Below are positions 20,802 to 31,278 of a DNA stretch of 64,000 nt, piece by piece (within the stretch, counting starts at the first letter, position 1; each line of letters begins with the position of its first letter). The position numbers and the translations under genes were made by a program. The stretch is from sequence record MG592671.1; one strand, 5' to 3'. A model generated the notes under the pieces. That model saw only the letters and a program-made list of their open reading frames with translations, had not been told where the DNA came from and did not search any database.

Positions 20802-20831
20802 AAAAGAAAGGCAACTAGTTGCCTTTCTTTT
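20802..20831. terminator. Bidirectional terminator between helicase-like and gp51-like genes
   Basis: AAAAGAAAGGCAAC-TA-GTTGCCTTTCTTTT. Confidence 0.8.
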
Positions 20832-21018
20832 GTCGTTCTATGTGTTTGTTATGTCGATTGAGTATCATAGACCTATCAGGTAAAGGCATTGTCCAAAGCT
20901 GATTGTAATCCATATTATTAATATGTATTAACATCTCAGCTAAGTTTTTCCTTATTTCCTTTTGGTTTAAATCCAACTCTTTTAAGTGCTCCTGTACTTC
21001 CTCTGGGGTACTAAACAA
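20815..21018 (-). CDS. Small baseplate hub assembly protein (gp51-like)
   Basis: 67 aa, NMDYNQLWTMPLPDRSMIL, immediately after gp26-like gene. Confidence 0.5.
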   Translation of the reverse strand: MFSTPEEVQEHLKELDLNQKEIRKNLAEMLIHINNMDYNQLWTMPLPDRSMILNRHNKHIERQKKGN

Positions 21019-21023
21019 GAGCT

Positions 21024-21866
21024 TTATTCGAAAAAATAACTAGGATCAAAACGTTGTCCTTTTTCTGTCCATTGATGTTGACAGTGTGGACACTCCACCT
21101 CTATCACTTTTTCAACACCAATATCATTTACTGTTTCAGTCATATCCTTAAGCTCACTTATTTGATCTTTATTAAGCGTATTAATAAATTCTTTAATATG
21201 GGACTTGGTATGGACTTTGTTGCCATCCGGAGTTTCGACATGATTAATACCATCCAAAACAATCTGAAAATTCAAATCAACCATGTTGGAATATGATTCC
21301 ATGAAAGTGTCGATCTTCTCTTGTTCAGACAGATGCTCTAAGGCTCCAGACTGCACACTCATTGATAGTTTTTGTTGCTCAAATGCAACACGAGCTACCT
21401 TTGTTGCTCTATCCCAAGAATTAGGACGTACATGTATTACTACGCCAGATGGTAGTGAATATGTAGTGTTATTGGTTATTTTAGTCACATTATCAAGACA
21501 GTGTTCGATATTTCGTTGTATTTCACCCTTTTTATCACAAGAAGGACATTTAACGCTAATATCGTAGGTCTCGTGGCCTGAGGCTTTATAGATACCTAGT
21601 AATAATATTTCAATATCGTTAACACATAAATTTTGAGGACGTAGTACCTCAGGCACGCAGTTTTTAATAACATCAATAACAGCCTTGCCGTTCATCAATG
21701 CACTAGGATTGTTGAATTGATATTCATCCCTAGCAGACATTGGCTTGATGCCGATTTCACTTACATCAGCATCTTCATTTAGTATACCTGGCGGGTAGTA
21801 TCTCGACGCAGCAAGACTTACATACACTTGATCAGGTATAGCGTATGACATTAATGGATTAGACAT
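21024..21866 (-). CDS. Baseplate hub subunit/assembly chaperone (gp26-like)
   Basis: IKPMSARDE...LMNGKAVIDVIKNCVP...DIEILLLGI; CPSC and CPHC zinc motifs. Confidence 0.75.
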   Translation of the reverse strand: MSNPLMSYAIPDQVYVSLAASRYYPPGILNEDADVSEIGIKPMSARDEYQFNNPSALMNGKAVIDVIKNCVPEVLRPQNLCVNDIEILLLGIYKASGHETYDISVKCPSCDKKGEIQRNIEHCLDNVTKITNNTTYSLPSGVVIHVRPNSWDRATKVARVAFEQQKLSMSVQSGALEHLSEQEKIDTFMESYSNMVDLNFQIVLDGINHVETPDGNKVHTKSHIKEFINTLNKDQISELKDMTETVNDIGVEKVIEVECPHCQHQWTEKGQRFDPSYFFE

Positions 21867-21899
21867 TATAACCTCCTTAGTTATATGCGAGTATTTATT

Positions 21900-23759
21900 T
21901 TACCCATTTGGGCCACTATTATCCTCAGAAGCTTTCAGTTGTTTTCGTCTATCACGAGCTGCTTCACTTGCAAGAGCATTTGTTTTTTGAACAGATGAAA
22001 TAAGAGTGTTCATTTGCTCTTGTGTAATCCCATTATATCCTGTTTTTGTTGAGCTGTTGGTCGTAGGAGCTACATGCGAGTTAGACATTACTGGTGTATT
22101 TGTAGTTTTTGGTGTTTTTGGGGTCATTGACGGGGTACCTCCTGCCCACACAGGCAGCCAACTGTTAGCTGTCGCAACAGCTGAATTAACAGTATCATTA
22201 ACAGTAGATGATATAGTATCTGTTATTGAGTCAGTGAGTGCTTCAAACCCAGTATCAGGTATAGTCCCATCAAACATGAAATCATTGAACCATTTAGGGA
22301 ATAAAGCGTCTGCTATAGTTCTCCAACTAGGTGGTCCAGAACTAAGATCTGTTGCAGCGCCAGTAACATAGTCAATAATAGGCTTCCCGTCAAGCACATC
22401 AACTAACCACTCTGGAAATAATCCCCTAACAAAATCCCTAACGTTAAAAACAAAATCGTACGTATCTGTTGCAAATGTCCAACTACCATCAATTAGCCAG
22501 TTAGCCCAGTCTTCACCCATCCATTGAGATAAGAACGCTCTAGGATTTAAAAATGCAGATGCTGTTTGTTCTTTAGCTTCGTGAGTCCATTTCTCAAACA
22601 CCCTGTTCAAGTTATTTGTCCATGTATCCCAGTTAGATTCCACACGTTCTAAATCATTATTTTTATTTTGAAGATCTGCAATCCATTTAAAAATTTGGCC
22701 AGATGTGTCGTTTAAATCTTTGAATATAAACGACGCATTTGAAAGAGCATCTGTGAACTCGCTGCCACCTAATATGTCATTTATCTTTGCTGCGCCTTCT
22801 TTAGTAGTGAGGTCGCCAGCAAGGATGTTATCACGTATTTGTACGAACGCATCGCTTACTTCTGACGAGTAAGTGAACAATTTACCCATTTCTGTGTCTG
22901 CATCAAAGTCCCCTTTATATACAAATCTCTGAAATTGCTCATTAAATGCTTCTCCAAAATCACCCATACCAGCTAATACTAGATTAAGATTCTTAACACT
23001 TGCAGCCGCATCTTCTTTCGAAAGACCATTCTGATGTAAGGTTAGTGCCATGCTTAAGCCAGTGGCCCCTTCAGCAGATTTATTAAGCTTTCTGGTAAGT
23101 TCGTCTGTACTCACACCTAATACTTTACTGTAATGATTTAGATCATCAATATATTCTCTATTAGAGTTTTGCTGTTCTATTCTACTAAGCTTATCAAACA
23201 CCCCATATGCTTTTTGTTGCTTGATATTACTAAAAATAGCTTGAGCAGCTTCTTGATTTGACATTCTAAGTAGACCCATGGAACGCTCAGTGTCTATAAC
23301 AGATTTCATCATATTACCAAAATCTTTAGCACCATCCTTTCCCATACTAGCCAACACACTCTCAGCTCCACGAGCTGCATTCTGGAACTCTTGGAAGTCC
23401 AGTCTACCATCAGCTAGAGCCATGTTAAGACCTAACATGCCATTAGTAGCATCGAAGCCTGCTGTATTGAATGCTTTAAATTGTTGTAGTGATGCATCCA
23501 TATAGTCATATAGTTTTTCACCAGCTTCAGCCATAAGAGCAATAGGTCCTGCAGCCTTGCCTGCAGCACTTGTTAATTTTCCTACTCCTTTAATGGCACC
23601 TTTAGGGCCTTTAATTGCATCAGAGAAATCATCCAATCCTAATGCCCCTATCCCTCCACCAGAGTTACTACTGTTTGGAGGGGGTGGAGCACTTCCAGGG
23701 GAACCACCAAGTTGTCGAAGAATATCCTCTAAGAGTTCTTCTGTTGTTCTTTGAGCCAT
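21900..23759 (-). CDS. Tape-measure-like tail/hub protein
   Basis: Ala/Gly-rich helical composition, periodic Trp/Phe in C-terminal half, position in tail module, late promoter. Confidence 0.5.
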   Translation of the reverse strand: MAQRTTEELLEDILRQLGGSPGSAPPPPNSSNSGGGIGALGLDDFSDAIKGPKGAIKGVGKLTSAAGKAAGPIALMAEAGEKLYDYMDASLQQFKAFNTAGFDATNGMLGLNMALADGRLDFQEFQNAARGAESVLASMGKDGAKDFGNMMKSVIDTERSMGLLRMSNQEAAQAIFSNIKQQKAYGVFDKLSRIEQQNSNREYIDDLNHYSKVLGVSTDELTRKLNKSAEGATGLSMALTLHQNGLSKEDAAASVKNLNLVLAGMGDFGEAFNEQFQRFVYKGDFDADTEMGKLFTYSSEVSDAFVQIRDNILAGDLTTKEGAAKINDILGGSEFTDALSNASFIFKDLNDTSGQIFKWIADLQNKNNDLERVESNWDTWTNNLNRVFEKWTHEAKEQTASAFLNPRAFLSQWMGEDWANWLIDGSWTFATDTYDFVFNVRDFVRGLFPEWLVDVLDGKPIIDYVTGAATDLSSGPPSWRTIADALFPKWFNDFMFDGTIPDTGFEALTDSITDTISSTVNDTVNSAVATANSWLPVWAGGTPSMTPKTPKTTNTPVMSNSHVAPTTNSSTKTGYNGITQEQMNTLISSVQKTNALASEAARDRRKQLKASEDNSGPNG

Positions 23760-23800
23760 GTTTAACTCCTAAAGTTATTTTTGGTATTTATTTAGTTTGA

Positions 23801-25924
23801 CTAATTATCGCCATTCGCTCTATTAACAGATCTCATTATAAACCCGCCTTTTAAGCGTTGGGTGAATTTTCCACCACTAAATGTACTTTCTAGATTAAAT
23901 ATTCGGTAAACAGTTTGCGACATTATCTGATCTCTTTGAGTCATAACTAATCCTAAGCTACTTATGTCTCTTGGTGGCTCTAGATTTAATAGCAAGTACG
24001 GCTCAGCTGTTATGTTATTCATAGTATATTGACTGTCCCCTGGATATGTGGTATATTCCTCTCCACACAAATTTCTAAGCCTATTAAGTAAAGTCTCTTC
24101 GGAATTTCCTAGCCAGTACGGATCCCCAATAACCTCAATATCTAAAGTTCTCATAAAAGCATCATTGTAATAATTCGATTTGATCGATCTTTTGATAACC
24201 TCGTCGTCAGATGCATTCTCTGTATCTGTTGAGCTTGATACCTCTTTTAGATTTCTATAATCAATAGGGATATTCAAATGATGATTCCAAGCGCTAGTAT
24301 CCTTTGTGTTAGTAGTATCGTAAAGCTCGTTAAAGTCTTCTAGATACCTAGTAGATGCAGTCACTGTATCTCTAGCTTGGCTAGATTCACCTTCAGTTTT
24401 AACAGTATTGGCACTATACGCGTTTTGTTTATTAACAGATGATGTTGTGTCAGCCTGTTCTTCGGATGTTTTAGTTTCTTTATTCGGAGTAGATGTGGCA
24501 TATTGCTGATCTTGGTTACTCGAATTAAGAATTTGATTCTCGATTATAGCATCGGACTTTTTAATACCTTTAAAATTCTTTTCTTGAATTAAGCTTTGTA
24601 TATTTCTAACGGCTGCATGATTATATTGTGAATCCATGCTAATATCTAATGATATAATCTCAGTATTAAGACCGCTGAACATGTAATCATATCTGCGCAT
24701 GTTTATTTTTTTTGTTTGCTGGTCATTAGTAGTTAGGATACCTTCTAGCGTTTCTTTCATGTCCACTGAACTATCTCTATTCCTAATATCTGATATATCC
24801 TGTATATCAGCTACTTGATAAGGAACAACATATACTTCATAACGATAAACTTCACGATTTAAGAGTTTATCGTATCCGACATAAAATTGAAATGGAATAA
24901 CATGTACGAACTGACGCAATTTACGTATCCCTGCATCCTCGTCAGTAACAGCACAATCAAGAATCTCATCTATAACTGAACCTAAAGTCTGAGATCCTTT
25001 AAAATTAAACTTCCTACCACCTGGGTTCCCTTTTTTATCAGCATCCACAAGTGTATCTTGCGTTGCATTTTTTATAATAGAGAGATCTCCTATAGTACCT
25101 TGAACAAATATCTTAAAATAACTATTAAGGTCAATATCATTAGGGAACTGAGTTGGCCAGTACCCATATTGTGCATTTTGAATACTATTCATTTTTTCCT
25201 CAAGCGCACTCAATGCAGACCCAACAGTGTTGCTGGTTATCAATTCTGATTGTTCCCCTAGCATCCATTTTGATAAATCTATCCCATATGCTCTAGTTGA
25301 CATTTGTAAATTATACATTGTTCCGGATGCAGATACTTTTCCTGGAGCTCTATCAATATTGACTCTCCAACGTTTTCTGCTGTTTGGAATAGTTACTGGG
25401 ATAGGGGATGGACTGTTAGGATCAAAGCCAATAAAACTCAATTCTAGCACAAGTGGGATATCTACAAATTTCTTGTATCCTAAATTAATAGATAACGCTG
25501 CCATTTCATCGATGAAATACATTCCTCTATTTTCCATTAAGTCCATTGTAAAACTCAATGCAGTTCCGTTTTTTGTGGCACTAGTTCCAGGAGCAGTCGA
25601 ACGCATTTCTACAGTATCTATAGTATAAGTCCCTGTCACACCAGATTCAGCAATAATTACCTTATCAGACTCTGTCTGTCCTTGGAACGTTTGAAATTCT
25701 TTATATTTGTTCACTGGAAAAGTGTAAAGCTTCCAGTGATATGTTACATTTTCATAGCCTAATAATATATTATCGTAAGGCTCGATAATATCATTTAAAT
25801 CTATCACGTTTGAGGTAGTGTTAGGCTCGGAATCTCGTTTCGCCTCCTGCTGACCTGCGTTAGTTGCAGGATATGATGGATCATCAACTGATTTGGCATT
25901 TGAGCGGTATGAGTTAGATGCCAT
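23801..25924 (-). CDS. Virion structural protein, probable baseplate hub (gp27-like)
   Basis: IIAESGVTG..IDTVEM, LDIEVIGDPYW, FSGGKFTQRL motifs of large myophage hub proteins; late promoter. Confidence 0.5.
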   Translation of the reverse strand: MASNSYRSNAKSVDDPSYPATNAGQQEAKRDSEPNTTSNVIDLNDIIEPYDNILLGYENVTYHWKLYTFPVNKYKEFQTFQGQTESDKVIIAESGVTGTYTIDTVEMRSTAPGTSATKNGTALSFTMDLMENRGMYFIDEMAALSINLGYKKFVDIPLVLELSFIGFDPNSPSPIPVTIPNSRKRWRVNIDRAPGKVSASGTMYNLQMSTRAYGIDLSKWMLGEQSELITSNTVGSALSALEEKMNSIQNAQYGYWPTQFPNDIDLNSYFKIFVQGTIGDLSIIKNATQDTLVDADKKGNPGGRKFNFKGSQTLGSVIDEILDCAVTDEDAGIRKLRQFVHVIPFQFYVGYDKLLNREVYRYEVYVVPYQVADIQDISDIRNRDSSVDMKETLEGILTTNDQQTKKINMRRYDYMFSGLNTEIISLDISMDSQYNHAAVRNIQSLIQEKNFKGIKKSDAIIENQILNSSNQDQQYATSTPNKETKTSEEQADTTSSVNKQNAYSANTVKTEGESSQARDTVTASTRYLEDFNELYDTTNTKDTSAWNHHLNIPIDYRNLKEVSSSTDTENASDDEVIKRSIKSNYYNDAFMRTLDIEVIGDPYWLGNSEETLLNRLRNLCGEEYTTYPGDSQYTMNNITAEPYLLLNLEPPRDISSLGLVMTQRDQIMSQTVYRIFNLESTFSGGKFTQRLKGGFIMRSVNRANGDN

Positions 25925-26054
25925 GATTCTTCTCCTATGGTAATTTTAGGTATTTATTTAGAGTGTGAACTGATATCAAAATGTTTTAATAGATAAATAA
26001 CTAACAGAATAGAAAGTTATGAGTGATGTAATACTATTGAATTATTAAACAAGA

Positions 26055-26606
26055 ATGAGCCTAGTAAACGTTATGAAGAAAAATAACTTAGGTGCAATAG
26101 CACCATCAGAAAAAAAGAAAGGTGTTACCAACGGAATTACCAATAAAATAGTTTGTTTGAGCGATGTGCAGGTATACTTAGATTCTGGTTGGGTTTTAGG
26201 AAAGACCAACATAACAGAAAAAGATAAAAACAAATACAAAAAAACATCAAAAAAACTCACAGGAAACACTGTTAACTGGTCAAAAGAAGCAAAACAACAA
26301 CGCAAGATAGACAACGCAGTAAGGCAGAGTAAAGGAATTTACCACACTCCTAAAGGGGACTTTTACAGTTCATCTGAGGCAAGAACTGCTAACGGAGTGA
26401 AAACCCAAGATTCTATTATAAACCGATGTATTAAATTAAATTTGAAAGTAATTGGCAACAAAGTAAGTAAAGGTGATATTAAGCCAGAGTGGAGAGGTAA
26501 GACTTGGGAAACTCTTGGATGGGGCTTTACCCCTAAAGAAAAAGTGGAAAATTGGGATTTAGTCGTGACTAAATACTTTACAGATTTATATAAGGAGGCC
26601 GACTGA
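26055..26606 (+). CDS. Homing-endonuclease-derived DNA-binding protein lacking a nuclease domain
   Basis: HTPKGDFYSSSEARTANGV...IINRC...WGFTPK matches the C-terminal part of the GIY-YIG ORF at 44766-45245; no catalytic motif. Confidence 0.55.
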   Translation: MSLVNVMKKNNLGAIAPSEKKKGVTNGITNKIVCLSDVQVYLDSGWVLGKTNITEKDKNKYKKTSKKLTGNTVNWSKEAKQQRKIDNAVRQSKGIYHTPKGDFYSSSEARTANGVKTQDSIINRCIKLNLKVIGNKVSKGDIKPEWRGKTWETLGWGFTPKEKVENWDLVVTKYFTDLYKEAD

Positions 26607-28336
26607 TGGCTACTTGGAAAAAGCATATTTCAGCAGTTAAGCTTAGAAATAAAAAAACTAAAAAAAGTAGAGGCGGGTCAGGAGCTAAACAGTCAAACTA
26701 TTCTTCTTATCTCCCAACAGTATATACTGGGATTACAAATAGAACGGATAGATACCAGCAATACGAGCAAATGATCCAGGATCCAGAAATTGGAACAGGA
26801 TTAGATATTTTAGCTGATTTTTGCACACAAAACGATGACGACCGCACAGGCCCATTTGAAATACTATACAAAGATGACAATATGGGCGAAATTGAAGTTA
26901 CTACGTTAGAAACATCATTAAGTAGTTGGATTGAGAAGAATGATTTTAAAACTCGTATTTGGGATATTTTTCGAAATACGCTTGTTATGGGGGATCAATT
27001 TTTTGTCCGTGATCCAGAAACGTATGAACTAATATGGTGTGATCCAGCACATGTTGAGAAGGTAACAGTTAACGAATCTGAAGGTAAAGAACCTACTGTG
27101 TACTTTATGAAAGATTTAAGTCTAAATCTTCGAGATAAAGTAATGTCCAATATGCAATCGCAAAACGATCAAGTAGCATATCCTGGAGCAATGCCAAACG
27201 CATTAGGTGGCGGAGGCGGAGGTGGCCAATTCCAATCATCAGGTGGATACTCCGGAAGCGCTGGAGGAAGTAGTTCTTCGTTCCCAGGAGATGCAGAAAA
27301 TAACGTGTTGCCTGTAGATGCAAAGCACGTTCTTCATCTTAGCTTAAGTACTGGTATGGATGCATTTTGGCCATTTGGAACATCAGTATTAGAGACTATT
27401 TTCAAAACGTATAAACAAAAAGAGCTACTTGAAGACAGTATAATTATATATCGAGTTCAACGAGCACCTGAAAGACGTGTTTTCAAAATTGATGTAGGTG
27501 ATTTACCAGAACACAAAGCCATGCAGTACGTAGAGAGGATTAAAAATGAGATACACCAACGTAGAATTCCTAGTAATAAAGGCGGTTCTACTAGTTTACT
27601 TGATTCAGCATATAACCCTCTATCTATACTAGAAGATTTCTTCTTCCCGCAGACTGCGGATGGTAGAGGATCAGATGTCAACGTTCTTCCAGGCGGTGAT
27701 AATTTAGGTCAAATCGATGATTTACGATGGTTTAATAACAAACTTATACGTGGATTAAAAATACCTAGCTCTTATTTACCTTTCGGCCCAGAAGATGGTA
27801 ATCATGTAAGCAACGATGGTGGTCAAGGTATGTTAATACAAGAACATCGTTTTAACAAATACTGCCAAAGACTGCAGGCACAAATAGTCCGTGTATTTGA
27901 TGATGAATTTAAGAAGTATCTTGAGCATTGTGGAAATAACGTATCTCCTAGCTCATTTGAAGTTATGTTTAGATCACCAACCAACTTTGCATCTTATAGA
28001 AAGGCTGAGCTTGAAAGCACAATGATGCAATCGTATGCTACTTTATTAGAATTTCCATTCATCGCCAAACAAACTGTTCTTAAGAAAATGGGTTGGACAC
28101 AGGACGAGCTTATTGAGAATGAAAAACTTTGGTTGCAGGAAAACCCAGATAAAGCAGCTCAAGGTAATGCTGCAACTCCATCCAGCAATGCTGCAGGGCT
28201 TGGCGCTGTCGGTGTTGAGAGCCCACAGGATTATGATCCAAGCTCGGATATAGACTTGTCAGGAGCTGAAGAAGGAGGTGACGTTACAGGGTCTCCTATC
28301 AGCGGGGATGAGAATAGTAATAACGAAACTTTCTAG
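26606..28336 (+). CDS. gp20: Portal protein (gp20-like)
   Basis: LLEDSIIIYRVQRAPERRVFKIDVGDLP, LSILEDFFFPQTADGRGSDVNVLPGGDNLGQIDDLRWF...LKIPSS. Confidence 0.95.
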   Translation: MATWKKHISAVKLRNKKTKKSRGGSGAKQSNYSSYLPTVYTGITNRTDRYQQYEQMIQDPEIGTGLDILADFCTQNDDDRTGPFEILYKDDNMGEIEVTTLETSLSSWIEKNDFKTRIWDIFRNTLVMGDQFFVRDPETYELIWCDPAHVEKVTVNESEGKEPTVYFMKDLSLNLRDKVMSNMQSQNDQVAYPGAMPNALGGGGGGGQFQSSGGYSGSAGGSSSSFPGDAENNVLPVDAKHVLHLSLSTGMDAFWPFGTSVLETIFKTYKQKELLEDSIIIYRVQRAPERRVFKIDVGDLPEHKAMQYVERIKNEIHQRRIPSNKGGSTSLLDSAYNPLSILEDFFFPQTADGRGSDVNVLPGGDNLGQIDDLRWFNNKLIRGLKIPSSYLPFGPEDGNHVSNDGGQGMLIQEHRFNKYCQRLQAQIVRVFDDEFKKYLEHCGNNVSPSSFEVMFRSPTNFASYRKAELESTMMQSYATLLEFPFIAKQTVLKKMGWTQDELIENEKLWLQENPDKAAQGNAATPSSNAAGLGAVGVESPQDYDPSSDIDLSGAEEGGDVTGSPISGDENSNNETF

Positions 28337-28344
28337 GAGAAAAC

Positions 28345-28587
28345 ATGAAATTAGTAGAATTATTTGAAGCAAATACGGATACACTGTATGATGCTGAGGA
28401 TGATAAGCGAGTATATTCATTAGATGATACTCGCAAACCTACACTTACTTTACGAGAGCTAAATAAACTCAGAAAGTACAGAGACTTCAAGAAAAGACAA
28501 GATGCAGAACGCGACTCTATTGCTGCTGTTGTCTATGCGTCCCCAGACGAAGGCACAAACATGCCATCTGGCGGCGGGGGCTTTTAA
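28345..28587 (+). CDS. Small prohead-associated protein
   Basis: Good RBS, between portal and core genes; TRKPTLTLRELNKLRK; N-terminal LFE possible protease site. Confidence 0.6.
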   Translation: MKLVELFEANTDTLYDAEDDKRVYSLDDTRKPTLTLRELNKLRKYRDFKKRQDAERDSIAAVVYASPDEGTNMPSGGGGF

Positions 28588-28683
28588 AACAGGTAAAAAT
28601 CCAGCTTTTTACGAGAAGCTGGTTTTACTCATATAAATAGAGTTATATAAAATATAAAGATTTACTTACCAAGGAGATATTCA

Positions 28684-29394
28684 ATGGCTAAGCAAGATAA
28701 ACTAATGAAAGCTTTCGAAGCATTCGTTAACAATGATATCGAGTCAGCTACTGATCACTACCGTCAATTTTTCATCGAGTCAGCACAAAAAATTAATGCT
28801 CAGCTAGAAGAAAATTTCGGTGGAGATATGGAAGAAGATTTCACTGATGAAATCAGTGTAGATGAAGAAGATGGCATGGAAGATGATTTCAGCGATTTTG
28901 AAGATGAAGACGACGATTTTGAAGATGATTTTGAATCTGATGAAGACGACGAAAGCGAAGATGAAGACGACGCTGAAGTACCATCTGCAGAAGAGTGGGA
29001 AAAGTTTGAAGATGCATTCGAAGAACTAGAAGCACTATTCAATGAAGTTAGTGGTGGCGAAATGGATGACGTAGTTGAAGAATCATTTGACTACAGCAAA
29101 GTTGCGCAGCCTTCAATGCAAGAAACAGATGCTGATAACACAGCGTCAACTACTGCTAAAGCTCAAGATACTGGTCCTACTGGTGTTAAGGCAACTGATG
29201 GTTGGACTAAAGACGGCACTGTTAAAGGCTCAAACGTTAAAGCAGAGTACCCTGATTCTGAAACTCCTAAAGTTGAAGATCACAACAATGTAATGCCTAA
29301 TGGTAAAAACGCGTATAAAAAAACAAAAACTCCTTCTATGAAAGAGACTGACGTTGACAATACACACTCTACCGTTAAAGCGTATAAGAAGTAA
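28684..29394 (+). CDS. Acidic prohead core protein (gp67/gp68-like)
   Basis: Very Asp/Glu-rich, TATAAATA promoter at 28632, precedes prohead protease. Confidence 0.6.
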   Translation: MAKQDKLMKAFEAFVNNDIESATDHYRQFFIESAQKINAQLEENFGGDMEEDFTDEISVDEEDGMEDDFSDFEDEDDDFEDDFESDEDDESEDEDDAEVPSAEEWEKFEDAFEELEALFNEVSGGEMDDVVEESFDYSKVAQPSMQETDADNTASTTAKAQDTGPTGVKATDGWTKDGTVKGSNVKAEYPDSETPKVEDHNNVMPNGKNAYKKTKTPSMKETDVDNTHSTVKAYKK

Positions 29395-29411
29395 CTTAAA
29401 AGGAGTCCACA

Positions 29412-30086
29412 ATGAAAGGATCAATGATTCGTGAGTGGAGTTCCTTTGAAGACTCCCAGCTTGTAGTAGAAAGTGTTGCTAACGCAAATGGCGGCAAAGA
29501 CTGCTACATGAAGGGTATCTTTATTCAAGCAGACCAACGAAACTTAAATGAGCGTGTGTATCCACTGCATGAGATTAGTAACGCCGTTCGCGGCATGAAT
29601 AGTCGTATTGGTAACGGGAATAGCATTCTTGGTGAATGTGATCACCCTGATACTCTTACTGTCAATCTCGATCGTGTTTCTCATATTATAACTGAGATGA
29701 ACATGAACGGAACTAATGGCATAGGAACACTAAAGATGCTCCCTACACCACATGGTAAGTTAATTCAAACCATGCTTGAAAACGGTGTTAAGTTAGGAGT
29801 AAGCTCAAGAGGTTCAGGTAATGTAGATCATTCAGGCCATGTATCAGATTTTGATATTGTTACTGTGGATGTCGTTGCACAACCTAGTGCGCCTGATGCT
29901 TACCCAACGGCTGTATTTGAATCACTGTATAAAACATCAGGTTATGCTATTATGGAGGATACTGCTAAAGCTGCCTTACAAGGCTCGAAAATGGCAGAAT
30001 CAGAAATTTGGGATCAAATGAATTACACAGCTACGCAAAATGAATGGGAAACATTCTACAATATATTACGTAATAACCAAAAGTAA
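29412..30086 (+). CDS. gp21: Prohead protease (gp21-like)
   Basis: MKGIFIQADQRNLNERVYP, GECDHP, NLDRVSH, LGVSSRGSG, DVVAQPSAPDAY. Confidence 0.95.
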   Translation: MKGSMIREWSSFEDSQLVVESVANANGGKDCYMKGIFIQADQRNLNERVYPLHEISNAVRGMNSRIGNGNSILGECDHPDTLTVNLDRVSHIITEMNMNGTNGIGTLKMLPTPHGKLIQTMLENGVKLGVSSRGSGNVDHSGHVSDFDIVTVDVVAQPSAPDAYPTAVFESLYKTSGYAIMEDTAKAALQGSKMAESEIWDQMNYTATQNEWETFYNILRNNQK

Positions 30087-30159
30087 TAAAAATCCTGCGT
30101 AATTATTAACCTAGATTTTAGATACATAAATATGTTTATACAGAATAAGGAGATATCCA

Positions 30160-31257
30160 ATGTCAAAGCTAGAACAGCTTCTTAAGGAATCCAATCTACC
30201 TACTGAATTTCAATCAGTAATTGTAGAAGCTTGGAACGAAGAAAAGCAAGAATTGGCAGCAGAAATCCGTGATGAAATGAAGACACGTTTTGAGCAAGAT
30301 CGCACTGCGATCGTAGAAGGCTTGAACGTAATGGCTCAAGAAGTTATTAACGAAGAAATGGCGAAAGTTTACAATGAGAAGCAAAAACTTGTTGAAGACA
30401 GAGCTGCTATGCGTGCTAACTTGAGCAAATTCTCAGATTTTTCAAACGGTGTATTGGCACAAGAGATTACAGAACTTCGCGAAGATCGCGCTTCTCTACA
30501 GGAAGGCGTACGTAAGTTTGCTGAATTTTCTAATAAAATTATTGCTGAAGAGTTGGTAGAGTTCCAACAAGATAAGCAAGAATTGCTAGAAACTCGTGTT
30601 AAACTAATAACTGAAGGAAAGCAAAAAATTGATGAAGCAAAGCGTCAATTCGTAGCTAAAGCATCAGTTAATGCTGCAAAATTCATCGAAGAACAAACAC
30701 GTAAAGAGTTTACACAACTACGCGGTCAACTACAAGAAGCACAGAAGAACATGTTCGGACGTAAGCTTTTTGAAGCATTTGCTGCTGAGTTTATGGCAAC
30801 TCAATACAATGAGAATAGCGAATTCCGCAAAATTCTTGAAAGTAAGAATATTGTTGAGCAGCAACTAAATGAAGCTAAAGAGCAACTTGAAGTTGCAGCT
30901 GATGTTATTGCTGATAGCAAACAACAAATTCGCATCATGGAAGATACTAGTGCTCGTAAAGCGAAACTAGGTCAGATGATGAAGCCTCTGAATCCAGAGC
31001 AAAAAATGGTAATGGAAGGTTTACTAGAGAAGACTCCAACTGCTGAGTTGGAAAAAGACTTCAAAAAGTATCTAAAACCAGTACTTAAAGAGAGTGGTCA
31101 ACCACGAAGCAATGCTGCTAGCCGTACTCCGTTGACTGAATCACAAAAAGAAGTAACAGGCGATCGCAAGCAAAAATTATTTGAATCTGATGAGAATGAC
31201 CAAGATTTCTCAATGGATCTAGATAGACTTACAAAAATCGCAGGTATTCGCAAGTAA
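30160..31257 (+). CDS. Prohead scaffolding protein (gp22-like)
   Basis: Long Glu-rich coiled coil between protease and major capsid gene; late promoter CATAAATA. Confidence 0.8.
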   Translation: MSKLEQLLKESNLPTEFQSVIVEAWNEEKQELAAEIRDEMKTRFEQDRTAIVEGLNVMAQEVINEEMAKVYNEKQKLVEDRAAMRANLSKFSDFSNGVLAQEITELREDRASLQEGVRKFAEFSNKIIAEELVEFQQDKQELLETRVKLITEGKQKIDEAKRQFVAKASVNAAKFIEEQTRKEFTQLRGQLQEAQKNMFGRKLFEAFAAEFMATQYNENSEFRKILESKNIVEQQLNEAKEQLEVAADVIADSKQQIRIMEDTSARKAKLGQMMKPLNPEQKMVMEGLLEKTPTAELEKDFKKYLKPVLKESGQPRSNAASRTPLTESQKEVTGDRKQKLFESDENDQDFSMDLDRLTKIAGIRK

Positions 31258-31270
31258 CTTCTATATGGCT

Positions 31271-31278
31271 TATAAATA
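31271..31278 (+). promoter_or_regulatory. T4-type late promoter TATAAATA (representative copy, major capsid gene)
   Basis: Also + strand 28632, 35583, 37870, 54722 (variants 25992, 30125) and minus strand 5939, 14200 (variants 19022, 21892, 23785, 25951, 37074, 62130, 62923); mostly ahead of virion genes; gp55 present. Confidence 0.85.

Noticed and set aside
28800-29042. Ser-rich minus-strand ORF
   Set aside because: Antisense shadow of the Asp/Glu-rich core protein gene.
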